Part shown: one piece after another, positions 36,350 through 46,703 of the stretch | How the letters are laid out: each line of letters begins with the position of its first letter | Numbering within the stretch: the stretch's first letter is position 1 | From: Candidatus Falkowbacteria bacterium | GTDB lineage: Bacteria; Patescibacteriota; Patescibacteriia; UBA11705 | Assembly: GCA_003518055.1 (NCBI GenBank) | Contig: DOZJ01000002.1 | Coordinates: 299,785 to 363,784, forward strand | Length of the DNA stretch: 64,000 nucleotides | Reading direction: 5' to 3' | Position numbers and translations under genes: made by a program | The notes under the pieces: model-generated | What the model saw: only the letters and a program-made list of their open reading frames with translations | What the model was told of the DNA's origin: nothing | Databases searched by the model: none

Positions 36350-37807
36350 TTAGATTTTAATAAAGAATTTATTATCATGTGTCGGGCCGACTGATAGCAG
36401 CCGAATCGGCAATCCAAGTTTAGTTTGCAGCCAGCTGACGAATTTTTGTGCTGCCGGCGGTAAATCAGCCCATGATTTGGCGTCTCGGATATTTTGCGGC
36501 CAGCTATCAAATTCAACCATGTCATCAGGTTGGCAGTGCTTGAGAATCTGGGCCAGATCCGGTCCGCGTTCACAGTCCGGATTCTTGAAGGCCAAGATTT
36601 TGGCTGTCCCATCCGGCTGCGGCTCCCAGACAAAATATTTGTTCAGCGCGTCAGTCGGACCGGTGTATTTGTATGATACGCAGACTTTGATGGTCGGCCA
36701 GCCGGTCAGCTGATCGAGGCAAGTCAAGGCCAGCCAGTCAACGCCGTCGTTGGCCGCGATTGCGTATCTTGTTGCTAAGAGATCAAAATGGCCGACGCGA
36801 AATTCTCCGACCCAGTCGATGAGACCGTTCTGAGCTTCAGTCACGAATTCCTTCATCCCGGCATCTTCGCTCACAAAGGGTCCGGCCCCATGTCTGGTGT
36901 CATAACAGCGTTTGATTCCGACTTTTTCGATTTTATATCCGGGCCACGCGTTTTTATCGGCGGCCAACCCTAACAGCTCAAACGCCGGATGATATGTTAC
37001 TTTTGTTTTAGTGATGTGGGGTGTAAAACCGAATTTGCGGTCGAGCAGGATTCCTTGAGCTTGGGACATGATCAATGATTGTTGATTTTGCCGCAGCCGG
37101 TCAAGAATTTTTCTGGTCGATTCAATTCTGACTCGTGGATTGTTGATAAAAGAGCTGTAAAGGGATAGGAGTTTCCGGACCGTCTTATTAATCTTATATC
37201 GATCAAGCAAGTACTGGGCGTGTTTTCGATTCTCAGGATCTTTGATTTGCTCAACTTCAATCGCAGTCATTTTGGTCAACCGCTCCCGCATTGATGTCAG
37301 TCTTGATTCAAGGTCTGATCGGGGTCGGAACAAGTCTTGAATCGTGACGCTGAAACCGCCTTCATAGTCAAAGACTGCTTGCCCCACGCCGAGTCCGGTT
37401 GAACCGTTGCGCTTGTCTGCTCGGCTGAGTTCCAATACTCGATTATGCAGCTCATGCCATGGCAGGATGACGATTGCTTCCGGATCGATTATCAGGCGGT
37501 CGAGCGCGTCGGCGATGTTATTATGACGCAGATGGGCTTCTTCACCGAGCAGAGCATTTGGTTCGCAGAGAGATCGGTTTGAGATTAGATGCTCCACAGC
37601 GGGCAGAAAAGTGCCGGAGCCAAATTGTGACGCGCAATGCACCCGGCCATCCGGCTGGACCAAGTGGTGTCCGGCTTGATGAGCGCCGCAAAAACGGATC
37701 GACATTTTAATGCCGAAAAACCGCAGTAAAAATTCTTCAATCGTCCCTTTGCCGCAATCGCCGTAGCCGAGATCGCTGGAAACAAAAATAGTTGGTTCGG
37801 TGGTCAT
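36350..37807 (-). CDS. Adenylosuccinate-synthetase-like protein (divergent PurA paralog)
   Basis: DLGYGDCGKG, QAGH, GSTGLGVG, QAQGILLD, TRHGAGPF, LALTCLD, SVGP. Lacks the TTGRxR loop. Confidence 0.88.
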   Translation of the reverse strand: MTTEPTIFVSSDLGYGDCGKGTIEEFLLRFFGIKMSIRFCGAHQAGHHLVQPDGRVHCASQFGSGTFLPAVEHLISNRSLCEPNALLGEEAHLRHNNIADALDRLIIDPEAIVILPWHELHNRVLELSRADKRNGSTGLGVGQAVFDYEGGFSVTIQDLFRPRSDLESRLTSMRERLTKMTAIEVEQIKDPENRKHAQYLLDRYKINKTVRKLLSLYSSFINNPRVRIESTRKILDRLRQNQQSLIMSQAQGILLDRKFGFTPHITKTKVTYHPAFELLGLAADKNAWPGYKIEKVGIKRCYDTRHGAGPFVSEDAGMKEFVTEAQNGLIDWVGEFRVGHFDLLATRYAIAANDGVDWLALTCLDQLTGWPTIKVCVSYKYTGPTDALNKYFVWEPQPDGTAKILAFKNPDCERGPDLAQILKHCQPDDMVEFDSWPQNIRDAKSWADLPPAAQKFVSWLQTKLGLPIRLLSVGPTHDNKFFIKI

Positions 37808-37905
37808 GGGGCCTCCATGTTTAATTTTAAATGAACGGATTTAATCTTCAGAATAAAAATTGTTTGAACTTGGTTCAAACAACCTGTGTTTCTGGCAATT
37901 AAATT

Positions 37906-38919
37906 TTACAGCCAGTTGATTGAAGGTTCCGGCTTGGTCTTCGGCGACTTCAAAACTTTCAAGATATCCATAACCGTGTCGATTCGTTCGTCGGTCTGTT
38001 CTCGGGCTTTCATGTCCTCAGCATATTGCTCTGGTGTGCGTCCGCCGCTCATGATGATGTTGATTCCGAGCCAGACATCTGTCACCGGCCGGCAGTTTCG
38101 GCCCATCCTAGCGGTTTGCTTCAGGTGAGTGGGAATCTCGCTTGCGCCCATCACCTCACGATAATAATCTTTCATACACAAAACTCGGTGTTCACCCAGA
38201 AATTCTCTCCATTCAGCAATGATTTGTTTTTCATTCGGGCCGCTATTTCCGGGATTGATGTAGGGAATGTGAATGTGATAAACTTGGCCGTTGAAAAGCT
38301 TGTCAAGGCGGGCGATGACATCTTGAATGGATGTAGCCTCTACCTCTCCTCCGAGGTGCCGCTTCAGGTCTCGATCGTAGAGCTGCGCCCGTGCCCCTTC
38401 GTCACTGATGATAACGCAGGAACCGAATTTCAGATTGGGCAGGCTGGTGCGGTGAGCCAAGAGCCACAGAAGCAATTCTGGTGATTCTCGGCCATTGCCG
38501 CCGCCTGTCTGCGACCGGATCCAGACCCTCTCGAGACTGTCCTCAAGGTTGAATGGATCGACAAACTCACACATCTGAATCGGGGTGTTGTCGCTGTACT
38601 GGTCGGTCACATCGGTGAATACACCATAGCCAAGGCGGGGATCGCCGAAATGCTTTTTGAGCTGTCCGGAAATCAGAGCGCCCTTATCATGATGCATTTC
38701 CACGCCGACAGTCATCGAACCGGTTCCATCCTGAAGCAGAGCCATGGCAAATTCAGCTTCGCACACGATTCGGCGATTGGCGCATAGTAGAGCCGGATCA
38801 GCTTTTGATCGGTTGATTGATTGTTCCGCTTCCGCGGATGAGCCTCGTGGGAGATCTGATAAATATCTTGGGGTGACATCTCGGGTATAGACTCTATCTC
38901 CACTTTCATCTCTGGCCAT
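37906..38919 (-). CDS. von Willebrand factor A (vWA) domain protein
   Basis: MIDAS-like LLQDGTGSM, GGGNGRES, VIISDE. AAGGAGG SD at revised start 38919. Confidence 0.78.
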   Translation of the reverse strand: MARDESGDRVYTRDVTPRYLSDLPRGSSAEAEQSINRSKADPALLCANRRIVCEAEFAMALLQDGTGSMTVGVEMHHDKGALISGQLKKHFGDPRLGYGVFTDVTDQYSDNTPIQMCEFVDPFNLEDSLERVWIRSQTGGGNGRESPELLLWLLAHRTSLPNLKFGSCVIISDEGARAQLYDRDLKRHLGGEVEATSIQDVIARLDKLFNGQVYHIHIPYINPGNSGPNEKQIIAEWREFLGEHRVLCMKDYYREVMGASEIPTHLKQTARMGRNCRPVTDVWLGINIIMSGGRTPEQYAEDMKAREQTDERIDTVMDILKVLKSPKTKPEPSINWL

Positions 38920-39163
38920 GTCCGCCTCCTTCCGTGGGAGCAATCCGGGCTGTGGTGGTGATTGTTTTTTGTGTCTTATATAAAGAACGTATTCATTATA
39001 ATTAAGCAGAAAAAAATATATTTGTCAATAATTTTGTTTTTAAAAGGGTATTTTTAGGGTTTTATTTGTGAATTTCTTTACCTGCAACTTCATTGGCTTG
39101 TTTTTCTTATCAGCGAGTGATATAATTTTTTCAGTCTAATTTATCAAGTATTTATTCTAAAAT

Positions 39164-41917
39164 ATGAGCATTTTTACCAAAATTTTCGGTGATCCAAATG
39201 ACAAAGAAATCCGGTCGCTGCAACCCATTGTGGCGGCGATAAATAGCTTAGAGGCGGAAATTAATCAGCTATCTGACGATGAATTACGAGCCAAAACATC
39301 ATATTTCAAACAGCTGCTTCAATCAGGGAAAACTCTGGATGACATCCTACCCGAGGCTTTTGCCGTTGTTCGGGAAGTGTCAAAACGAACCACCGGCCTG
39401 CGGCATTATGATGTCCAGCTGATTGGCGGCATTATCCTGCATCGCGGTCAAATTACGGAAATGCGCACCGGTGAAGGCAAGACCTTGGTCGCGACGCTCG
39501 CTGTTTACCTCAACGCGCTCGAAGGCAAGGGCGTTCATGTGATTACGGTTAATGATTATTTGGCCAAGCGTGACGCCGTCTGGATGGGACAGGTGTACAA
39601 TTTTCTCGGTTTATCTATCGGCGTGATTCAAGGTGAAATGAAATCATTTTTGTATGATGAATCATTGATAAACTCAGCCAGCGATGACACTCATGACGAA
39701 GTGGCATCATTCAAAGTGGAATCAGCCTATCTTCGCGCTTGCTCTCGCCGTGACGCCTACCACGCCGACATTACTTACGGCACCAACAATGAATTCGGTT
39801 TTGATTATCTTCGCGATAACATGGCTTACAGCCTCAAAGACAAAGTCCAGCGCGATCTGCATTACACGATTATTGATGAAGTGGACTCGATTTTGATTGA
39901 TGAAGCGCGCACACCGCTGATCATCTCTGCTCCGGCCGAGGAGTCAGCCTCTTTATACCAACAATTCGCCGCCATGGTGCCCAAGCTGGCTGAAAATGAA
40001 GATTACAATGTGGATGAAAAAATGCGGGCCGCCACGTTGACTGAAAATGGTTTGAACCGCATGGAAAAAATGCTCGGTCTCGGTAATATATATAATGAAG
40101 GCGGGGTCATGATGGTGCATCATCTGGAACAAGCGTTAAAAGCCCACGCATTATTTAAAAAAGATCGCGATTATGTCATCAAAGATGGTGAAGTGATTAT
40201 CATTGATGAATTTACCGGCCGGTTGATGGTTGGCCGGCGTTATTCAGAAGGGCTGCATCAGGCGATTGAGGCCAAAGAAGGCGTGGAAGTCAAAAAAGAA
40301 AGTCTGACGCTCGCCACCATTACGTTTCAAAATTTATTCCGCATGTATAAAAAGTTATCTGGTATGACCGGTACGGCCGCGACCGAAGCGGAGGAATTCG
40401 CCAAAATTTATAATTTGGAAGTTACTATCATCCCAACCAACAAGCCGGTGGTCCGAGATGATTTGCCGGATCGAGTGTATGCGACGGTCGAAGGCAAGTA
40501 CAAGGCCGTGATCAATGAAATAAAAAAGATTCATGCCACCGGCCAGCCGCTTCTCATCGGGACGGTTTCAATTGAGCAAAATGAGATGTTTGGCCGATTG
40601 CTGCATCAGGCGGGAATTACCCATAATTTGCTGAACGCCAAACAGCACGAGCGCGAAGCGGAGATCATCGCTCAGGCTGGCCGTGCCGGCGCCGTCACGG
40701 TCGCCACCAATATGGCCGGCCGCGGCGTAGATATTATTCTCGGCGGCGCGCCGTTTAACCAAACCGAATATGAAAAGGTCAAAAGCGTTGGCGGCTTGTT
40801 TGTGCTTGGGACTGAGCGGCATGAAGCCCGCCGCATTGATAATCAGCTTCGCGGCCGCTCCGGCCGTCAGGGCGACCCGGGCCGAACCCAGTTTTATTTA
40901 TCCATGGAAGATGATGTGATGCGTATTTTTGGTTCAGACCGCATCAAGAACATGATGCAGTCATTGGGCATTCCCGAGGATGTGCCGATTGAACAAAAAA
41001 TTATTACCAGCTCAATCGAAAAAGCCCAAAAGCGAGTTGAGGGCCACAACTTTGATATCCGCAAACATTTGGTGGAGTATGATGATGTGATGAATAAACA
41101 ACGGGAGTCAATTTATACCCGCCGCGATGAAGTTTTGCGTCTGGCCGAGGAAAAGCCGGCCGAGTTAAAACCGCTGGCATGGAGTATGATTGAAAATGAA
41201 ATTGAACAAGTCGTGTCATTTCATACCGCCCAAGTCCAAAATGGTGATTTTGATCTCAAAGAAATTGTCGAGGTTTCTCGGACCATTTTTCCTGTCCCTG
41301 CCGGATTTGAAACAGACTTGAAAAATTTTGTTGCTCAATCAAAAGGCCGTGAAGAGAACTTTGAACTCAAAAGTGAAATTACAAATTATATATTAAACGC
41401 AGCCAGAAACGCTTACCAAGACTTGGAAACGCGTCTGGCTGAGACCACTAGCGAACCTGAAGTGATGCGCAAGGTGGAAAAGGAAATCATGCTGCGCAGC
41501 ATCGATAATCTTTGGGTTGAACATCTCGAGGCGATTCAGGCGCTGCGTTCGAGTATCGGTCTCCGCGGCTATGCTCAACGCGATCCACTGGTTGAATACA
41601 AACGCGAATCCCGCCATTTGTTTATCCAGCTGGAAAATCTTATCCAGCATCAGATGGTTTACTCGATTTTTAAAGTTGGTTTGGCGCCGGAGATGAAATC
41701 ATCTATTATGCAGGGTGTGAAAAATTATTCCGCCCCGGCCAAGACTGCCGGCGGGATGAAAAATCCCTACGAAACCGAGCAGCGACGTGAATCAACTGCA
41801 AATAAAAAAGCATACGACGCCACCGGCAAAAAAGTCGGACGCAATGATCCTTGTCCCTGCGGCGCGAAAGATGATTCCGGTAATCCGATAAAATTTAAGA
41901 AGTGCCATGGGGCGTAA
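39164..41917 (+). CDS. secA: Protein translocase ATPase SecA
   Basis: MRTGEGKT, DEVDSILIDEARTPL, VATNMAGRG, QLRGRSGRQGDPG, C-terminal GRNDPCPCG...KCH. Confidence 0.99.
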   Translation: MSIFTKIFGDPNDKEIRSLQPIVAAINSLEAEINQLSDDELRAKTSYFKQLLQSGKTLDDILPEAFAVVREVSKRTTGLRHYDVQLIGGIILHRGQITEMRTGEGKTLVATLAVYLNALEGKGVHVITVNDYLAKRDAVWMGQVYNFLGLSIGVIQGEMKSFLYDESLINSASDDTHDEVASFKVESAYLRACSRRDAYHADITYGTNNEFGFDYLRDNMAYSLKDKVQRDLHYTIIDEVDSILIDEARTPLIISAPAEESASLYQQFAAMVPKLAENEDYNVDEKMRAATLTENGLNRMEKMLGLGNIYNEGGVMMVHHLEQALKAHALFKKDRDYVIKDGEVIIIDEFTGRLMVGRRYSEGLHQAIEAKEGVEVKKESLTLATITFQNLFRMYKKLSGMTGTAATEAEEFAKIYNLEVTIIPTNKPVVRDDLPDRVYATVEGKYKAVINEIKKIHATGQPLLIGTVSIEQNEMFGRLLHQAGITHNLLNAKQHEREAEIIAQAGRAGAVTVATNMAGRGVDIILGGAPFNQTEYEKVKSVGGLFVLGTERHEARRIDNQLRGRSGRQGDPGRTQFYLSMEDDVMRIFGSDRIKNMMQSLGIPEDVPIEQKIITSSIEKAQKRVEGHNFDIRKHLVEYDDVMNKQRESIYTRRDEVLRLAEEKPAELKPLAWSMIENEIEQVVSFHTAQVQNGDFDLKEIVEVSRTIFPVPAGFETDLKNFVAQSKGREENFELKSEITNYILNAARNAYQDLETRLAETTSEPEVMRKVEKEIMLRSIDNLWVEHLEAIQALRSSIGLRGYAQRDPLVEYKRESRHLFIQLENLIQHQMVYSIFKVGLAPEMKSSIMQGVKNYSAPAKTAGGMKNPYETEQRRESTANKKAYDATGKKVGRNDPCPCGAKDDSGNPIKFKKCHGA

Positions 41918-41933
41918 TTAACAGCCCGAAGCC

Positions 41934-41963
41934 CGAAGGCGAAGATCGCGATCTTCGCCTTCG
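41934..41963. repeat. 30-nt perfect palindrome (REP-like family)
   Basis: CGAAGGCGAAGATCG|CGATCTTCGCCTTCG. Confidence 0.75.
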
Positions 41964-42087
41964 ATTTATTTTATGAATACCATTGCAATCACGACATTCA
42001 CGATTGTTTTTATTTTGTGCTAAAATATTAACAAATAATATTCATCCTACTACTATAAAAAAATCCGCTGATTTTTCAGCGGTTTTA

Positions 42088-42306
42088 TTATCCCCAGATC
42101 AGTCCGGCGGCCACAGCCTCAACAATAACGCAGCCTAACCACAACACCACATCACGGAAAAATACCGGATGATCAAAATCACATTTGGTGGCGTGTTCAA
42201 TCGGTTCCGCGATGGAACTGTAATAATCATGGAAAAAAATTTTGGCTCCGAGCAGGACGAGTACCAAGGCAAAAACTACGAAGATAATCCAGCCGGTTAC
42301 GTTCAT
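42088..42306 (-). CDS. Small two-TM protein (orphan cassette)
   Basis: AGGAGGT SD, TTGACA-17-TAATTT promoter (42356-42384), terminator CCGCTGA/TCAGCGG. Confidence 0.7.
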   Translation of the reverse strand: MNVTGWIIFVVFALVLVLLGAKIFFHDYYSSIAEPIEHATKCDFDHPVFFRDVVLWLGCVIVEAVAAGLIWG

Positions 42307-42498
42307 TTGGCCACCTCCTATGGGGTTGAGATTCAGTCATGTGATATAACAGCAAAAATTATCACATTGTGTTTCATCTGTCAAATAGGTTATCTTGTTC
42401 ACAAGTTTAGATGTTGTGGGGTTGCAAATAATACGTTTTTTTATTAAAATGAAGGCACATTTTGTTTTTAGTTTAACTAATGACCGCAATTTATCTTT

Positions 42499-44541
42499 AT
42501 GGCAAAGCTGACGGAAAAATTCAAAGTTCGCTTGTGGCTGATTGTAATTCTGGGCGTGGCCGTTTTGGCCGGCGTCTATGATTATCCGCCCATTCTCAAT
42601 CAGGGAATCAACAAGTTTAATCAGGTGTTCAAGACATCAATATCGACTGTAACCAGCCGGCCGTTTATTTTGGGGCTGGATTTACAGGGCGGAACTCATT
42701 TGGTTTACGAAGCTGATACATCGGCCATCGGATCAGGGGAGGAAGGCGCCGCGGTTGACGGTGTCCGCGATGTAATCGAGCGCCGTGTCAATTCTCTCGG
42801 CGTGTCAGAACCCGTGGTTCAAACCAATCAAACCGGCGACAAATGGCGGGTGATTGTTGAGTTGGCCGGGATCCGCGATGTCAATGAAGCCATCAAGGCG
42901 ATCGGTGAGACGCCGCTGCTTGAATTCAAAGAACAAAATGATGCACCGGCTCGTACCCTGACCAAAGAAGAAAAACAAGAGCTTGAAGTCTTCAACAAAA
43001 ACGCCGAAGCCAAAGCCAATATTGTTTTGGACAACGCGCTGGCCGGCGGTGACTTTTCCGCCTTGGCCGCTGCCAACTCAGACGATGTTTTGACCAAAGA
43101 TCAAGGCGGTAATCTTGGTGTTCTGACCGGCGACCAGATTGAATATCAGGCTATATATGAATTAATAACCTCGATGAATCCGACCGAAGCGCAAGTATTG
43201 AATAAACTGGTTGATAATAATGATGGATTTAACATCGTAAAAATAAATGACATCAAAGACGGTGAGCTTCAAGTCAAAGCCAGTCACCTGCTAATTTGTT
43301 TTGACGGTAAAACCGGCTGCAATACCGGCGCGACGCGAGAACAGGCCGAAGGTAAAATCAATGAATTGAAAGCCGGAGCAAACGCTGAAAACTTTGCCGC
43401 TTTGGTTAAATCCAATTCCACCGAACCGGGCGCGAGCGTAAATGCCGGCGATTTGGGTTGGTTTTCCCGCGGCGTGATGGTTCCGGAATTTGACACTGCG
43501 GTTTTTGATATGCCAACCGGCGAAATTTCGAGCGTAATCGAAACCGACTTTGGTTTTCATTTGATTTTCAAAGAAGGGGAGCGCCAAGGCAAAAATTATG
43601 ACGTTTCCCGCATTTTTATTAATACCAAAACCGAAAGAGATATTCTGCCGCCAACCGATCAGTGGAAAAATACCGAGCTGAGCGGCAAACATCTGGAGCG
43701 CGCTTGGGTTGCTTTTGATCCGAGCACCAACGCCCCGCAAGTCAGTCTGCAATTCAACGATGAGGGCGATCAGCTGTTTGCAGATATTACTGGTAGAAAT
43801 GTCGGCAAGCCGGTGGCCATTTTTCTTGACGGCTCAGCGATCAGTATTCCAGTGGTTAATGAAAAAATTACCGGCGGTGAAGCCGTCATATCCGGTTCAT
43901 TTGATTTGGCTGAGGCCCGACTTTTGTCTCAGCGGCTGAACGCCGGCGCCTTGCCCGTGCCGATCGAACTGGTATCTCAGCAAACCGTCGGCGCCACTTT
44001 GGGCCAATCTTCTCTAACCATGAGTCTCAAAGCCGCGTTGATTGGATTTTTATTGGTAGCTCTGTTTATGATTGGGTATTACCGAGTACCCGGTGTTATG
44101 GCGGTGGTTGCCCTGTTATTTTATACGTCTATTCTTCTGTTATTATTTAAATTAATTCCGGTGACATTGACTTTGTCGGGTATTGCCGGGTTTATCTTAT
44201 CAGTCGGTATGGCTGTGGACGCGAATGTTCTTATCTTTGAGCGATTCAAGGAAGAGTTAAAAAGTGGCAAACCGTATGGATCCTCTCTTGAGGAAGGGGC
44301 TAAGCGAGCTTGGCCTTCGATCCGTGATGGCAACGCGACCACGTTGATTACTTGTTTCATCTTGGCTTGGTTTGGTACTAGCAGTATTCAAGGTTTTGCC
44401 ATTACTCTTGGAGTTGGTGTGATGATCAGTATGTTTTCCGCTATCGTGGTTACTCGATCGTTACTCAAAATATTCATCGGAATAAAAGAGAACAATAATA
44501 ATTTATTCTGGTTCGGAGTAAGACGAAATATCGAGAAATAA
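42499..44541 (+). CDS. secD: Protein translocase subunit SecD with inserted parvulin (PpiC-type) domains
   Basis: LGLDLQGG, RRVNSLGVSE, GALP, GMAVDANVLIFER. The insert carries ASHLLI, GDLGWF..G.MVPEF, ETDFGFHLI. Confidence 0.95.
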   Translation: MAKLTEKFKVRLWLIVILGVAVLAGVYDYPPILNQGINKFNQVFKTSISTVTSRPFILGLDLQGGTHLVYEADTSAIGSGEEGAAVDGVRDVIERRVNSLGVSEPVVQTNQTGDKWRVIVELAGIRDVNEAIKAIGETPLLEFKEQNDAPARTLTKEEKQELEVFNKNAEAKANIVLDNALAGGDFSALAAANSDDVLTKDQGGNLGVLTGDQIEYQAIYELITSMNPTEAQVLNKLVDNNDGFNIVKINDIKDGELQVKASHLLICFDGKTGCNTGATREQAEGKINELKAGANAENFAALVKSNSTEPGASVNAGDLGWFSRGVMVPEFDTAVFDMPTGEISSVIETDFGFHLIFKEGERQGKNYDVSRIFINTKTERDILPPTDQWKNTELSGKHLERAWVAFDPSTNAPQVSLQFNDEGDQLFADITGRNVGKPVAIFLDGSAISIPVVNEKITGGEAVISGSFDLAEARLLSQRLNAGALPVPIELVSQQTVGATLGQSSLTMSLKAALIGFLLVALFMIGYYRVPGVMAVVALLFYTSILLLLFKLIPVTLTLSGIAGFILSVGMAVDANVLIFERFKEELKSGKPYGSSLEEGAKRAWPSIRDGNATTLITCFILAWFGTSSIQGFAITLGVGVMISMFSAIVVTRSLLKIFIGIKENNNNLFWFGVRRNIEK

Positions 44542-44590
44542 CGAGACGGTTTATTATCACCCACTTCACTTTTATCACATTTAAAACTCT

Positions 44591-45517
44591 ATGAAAAAAA
44601 CATTTGACATTATCAGCAAGAAAACAATCTGGCTGTCAATCTCTGGTTTCCTAGTTGTTACCAGCCTGGTTTTTTTGGCGGTCTGGGGTTTGAAGCCGGG
44701 ACTCGATTTTACCGGTGGCAGTTTGCTTGAGGTCCGGTTCACGCAAAATGCCCTACCCGACACCTCGACCTTGAGGCAACATATGAATAGCATGAATTTG
44801 GGCGGCGAAGTTGTTGTCCAACCAACCGACAATGATGGTTATATTATCCGTTATCAAGACATCAGTGAAGATACGCATCAAAAAATCGTAACCTCTCTAA
44901 GAGAGGAATTTCCGGCTGAAGACGAGGGTCAAACCAATTTGGAAGAAGTCAGATTTGAATCAATCGGTCCATCCATTGGAAAAGAACTTCGAACGCAAAC
45001 CGCATATGCCATATCCATTACCCTGATCGCCATTATTGCTTATATTGCTTGGGCTTTCCGCAAAGTTTCTTGGCCAATCAAATCATGGAAATACGGCGTA
45101 ATCGCGGTGGTGGCGTTGTTCCACGATATTATTATAACCATGGGTCTGTTTTCATTTCTTGGTCATTTTTATAATGTCGATGTCGGGTTACCGTTCGTGG
45201 CGGCTCTGTTGACTATTCTTGGCTACTCGGTAAATGACACAATTGTGATGTTTGATCGAATCAGAGAAAACATCGGCCGGCTTAGCCACTCTGATTTTCT
45301 TGGTTTGGTCAATCGATCAATCAATGAAACCTTGTCTCGTTCTATTAATACGACATTCACGACGCTCCTAGCTCTGATCGCCATCTTCTTTTGGGGGGGC
45401 GTCACGATCAAATATTTTGCCCTCGCGATGATTTGCGGTATTTTCTTTGGTTCTTACTCCTCGATTTTTGTCGCCAGTCCGCTTCTGGTAATCTGGGGAA
45501 AATTTCGGCAGAAGTAA
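44591..45517 (+). CDS. secF: Protein translocase subunit SecF
   Basis: GLDFTGG, IGPSIG, HD, GYSVNDTIVMFDRIRE, RSINT. Confidence 0.97.
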   Translation: MKKTFDIISKKTIWLSISGFLVVTSLVFLAVWGLKPGLDFTGGSLLEVRFTQNALPDTSTLRQHMNSMNLGGEVVVQPTDNDGYIIRYQDISEDTHQKIVTSLREEFPAEDEGQTNLEEVRFESIGPSIGKELRTQTAYAISITLIAIIAYIAWAFRKVSWPIKSWKYGVIAVVALFHDIIITMGLFSFLGHFYNVDVGLPFVAALLTILGYSVNDTIVMFDRIRENIGRLSHSDFLGLVNRSINETLSRSINTTFTTLLALIAIFFWGGVTIKYFALAMICGIFFGSYSSIFVASPLLVIWGKFRQK

Positions 45518-45531
45518 GTTAAAGACAAATC

Positions 45532-45563
45532 CAAAAAACGAGACGTCGACGTCTCGTTTTTTG
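45532..45563. repeat. 32-nt perfect palindrome (REP-like/terminator)
   Basis: CAAAAAACGAGACGTC|GACGTCTCGTTTTTTG. Confidence 0.75.
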
Positions 45564-45751
45564 TTTATCTCTTTGACTAGAGTTACGGGGGATCTTCCTG
45601 CCAACAGCCGTGCTGTTGGCAGGATGGAGGCGGGAGGAGGATAACCGCAATCAAAAAACACTGTCTGCTTGCAGATCAGTGTCTTCTTCACGAAAGTTTT
45701 CGATGAAGTTTGTGCCTTAGGTTTGAGGCGGGGGAACGGGGGCTGTGGGCG

Positions 45752-46432
45752 TCAGGTTCGGATGGCTCGACTCGGCGCCTTGACGAGCAGCGAGATGCCG
45801 GTCGCCTTCCAGAAGAGCCAGTTGATCCCGTAGAGGCTGGTGTAGACCACCGCGATCGCGAAGGCCAGCCCACAGCCGATCACGACCGTGTTCAGTAGGT
45901 GCTTCGGATCGAGGACGGTGCCGGTGATCAGGCCGTTTGCCAGCGAGTTGGCCAAGCCGGCGAGCATGATCAGGTTGAAACGTTCGCGCAGGGTCAGGTC
46001 GCGATCCCGCTCGCAGAAAACGAGCATCAGGACCAACAGCTGAGCGAATGCGAAGAGGAGCAGATAGAACTCGAGACTCGCCGCCGCATGCAGATTTGCG
46101 TACTGAATTGGGGCGAGCATCGCGGCCTCGAACATGACCCACATCCTGGCGAACGCTGGGTCGCAGCCGTACGCGCGGAAGTTGTTGGCGACGTAGACCG
46201 CGCCCTGGAGCAGCATGTAGATCGTGAAGAACACCATGATGGTCTGGAACAGCGGTGACTCGATTTGGAGCGTGGGGAGGTAGGTCGCTGCCCACTCGCT
46301 CATGGACGCGTGGTCCATGAACGGGGGCATCTCGACGATGAACAACCGAAACGCCAGGCTGGCGAGAAACGCCAGCGCGATGTTCACGTACGCCCACCGA
46401 TCCACCTGGAAGAACTTGCGACTTTCGTCCAT
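45752..46432 (-). CDS. GC-rich multi-TM hypothetical protein
   Basis: GGAGG SD at revised start 46432; about six hydrophobic helices; terminator at about 45653-45685. Confidence 0.75.
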   Translation of the reverse strand: MDESRKFFQVDRWAYVNIALAFLASLAFRLFIVEMPPFMDHASMSEWAATYLPTLQIESPLFQTIMVFFTIYMLLQGAVYVANNFRAYGCDPAFARMWVMFEAAMLAPIQYANLHAAASLEFYLLLFAFAQLLVLMLVFCERDRDLTLRERFNLIMLAGLANSLANGLITGTVLDPKHLLNTVVIGCGLAFAIAVVYTSLYGINWLFWKATGISLLVKAPSRAIRT

Positions 46433-46500
46433 GATTCCCTCCATGTCAGCGCCTTAGCGCGTGTTCAGTGTACAGTTGACGTTGGACGTTTAGTCCGCGG

Positions 46501-46632
46501 TTACCGACTGCGCCACGGCTGCCCCTGCTCGATGGCCTTGGTTTCGGCTTCGCTCAGGGCGTCGCGGTGCATGTCCATCAGGATGGAGGCGACCACGAAC
46601 AGGTTTCGAACGGCGGCGGCGATGCGCTTCAT
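46501..46632 (-). CDS. 43-aa peptide (MKRIAAAVRNLFVVASILMD...)
   Basis: AGGAG SD; first ORF downstream of the promoter at 46675-46703; GC-rich third positions like its neighbours. Confidence 0.55.
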   Translation of the reverse strand: MKRIAAAVRNLFVVASILMDMHRDALSEAETKAIEQGQPWRSR

Positions 46633-46651
46633 TTAGAGTATCTCCTGTCTG

Positions 46652-46703
46652 GTTGTCGAAGATCTTAATCAACCATTATATCACATTTTTCATAAAAAGT
46701 CAA
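46652..46703 (-). promoter_or_regulatory. Sigma70 promoter plus boxA-like element (copy A)
   Basis: TTGACT-17-TATAAT followed by GATCTTCGACAAC. Confidence 0.8.

Noticed and set aside
36350-37807. PurZ (2-aminoadenine pathway)
   Set aside because: The catalytic Asp is retained (GDCGKG) and there are no datZ/mazZ-like neighbours.
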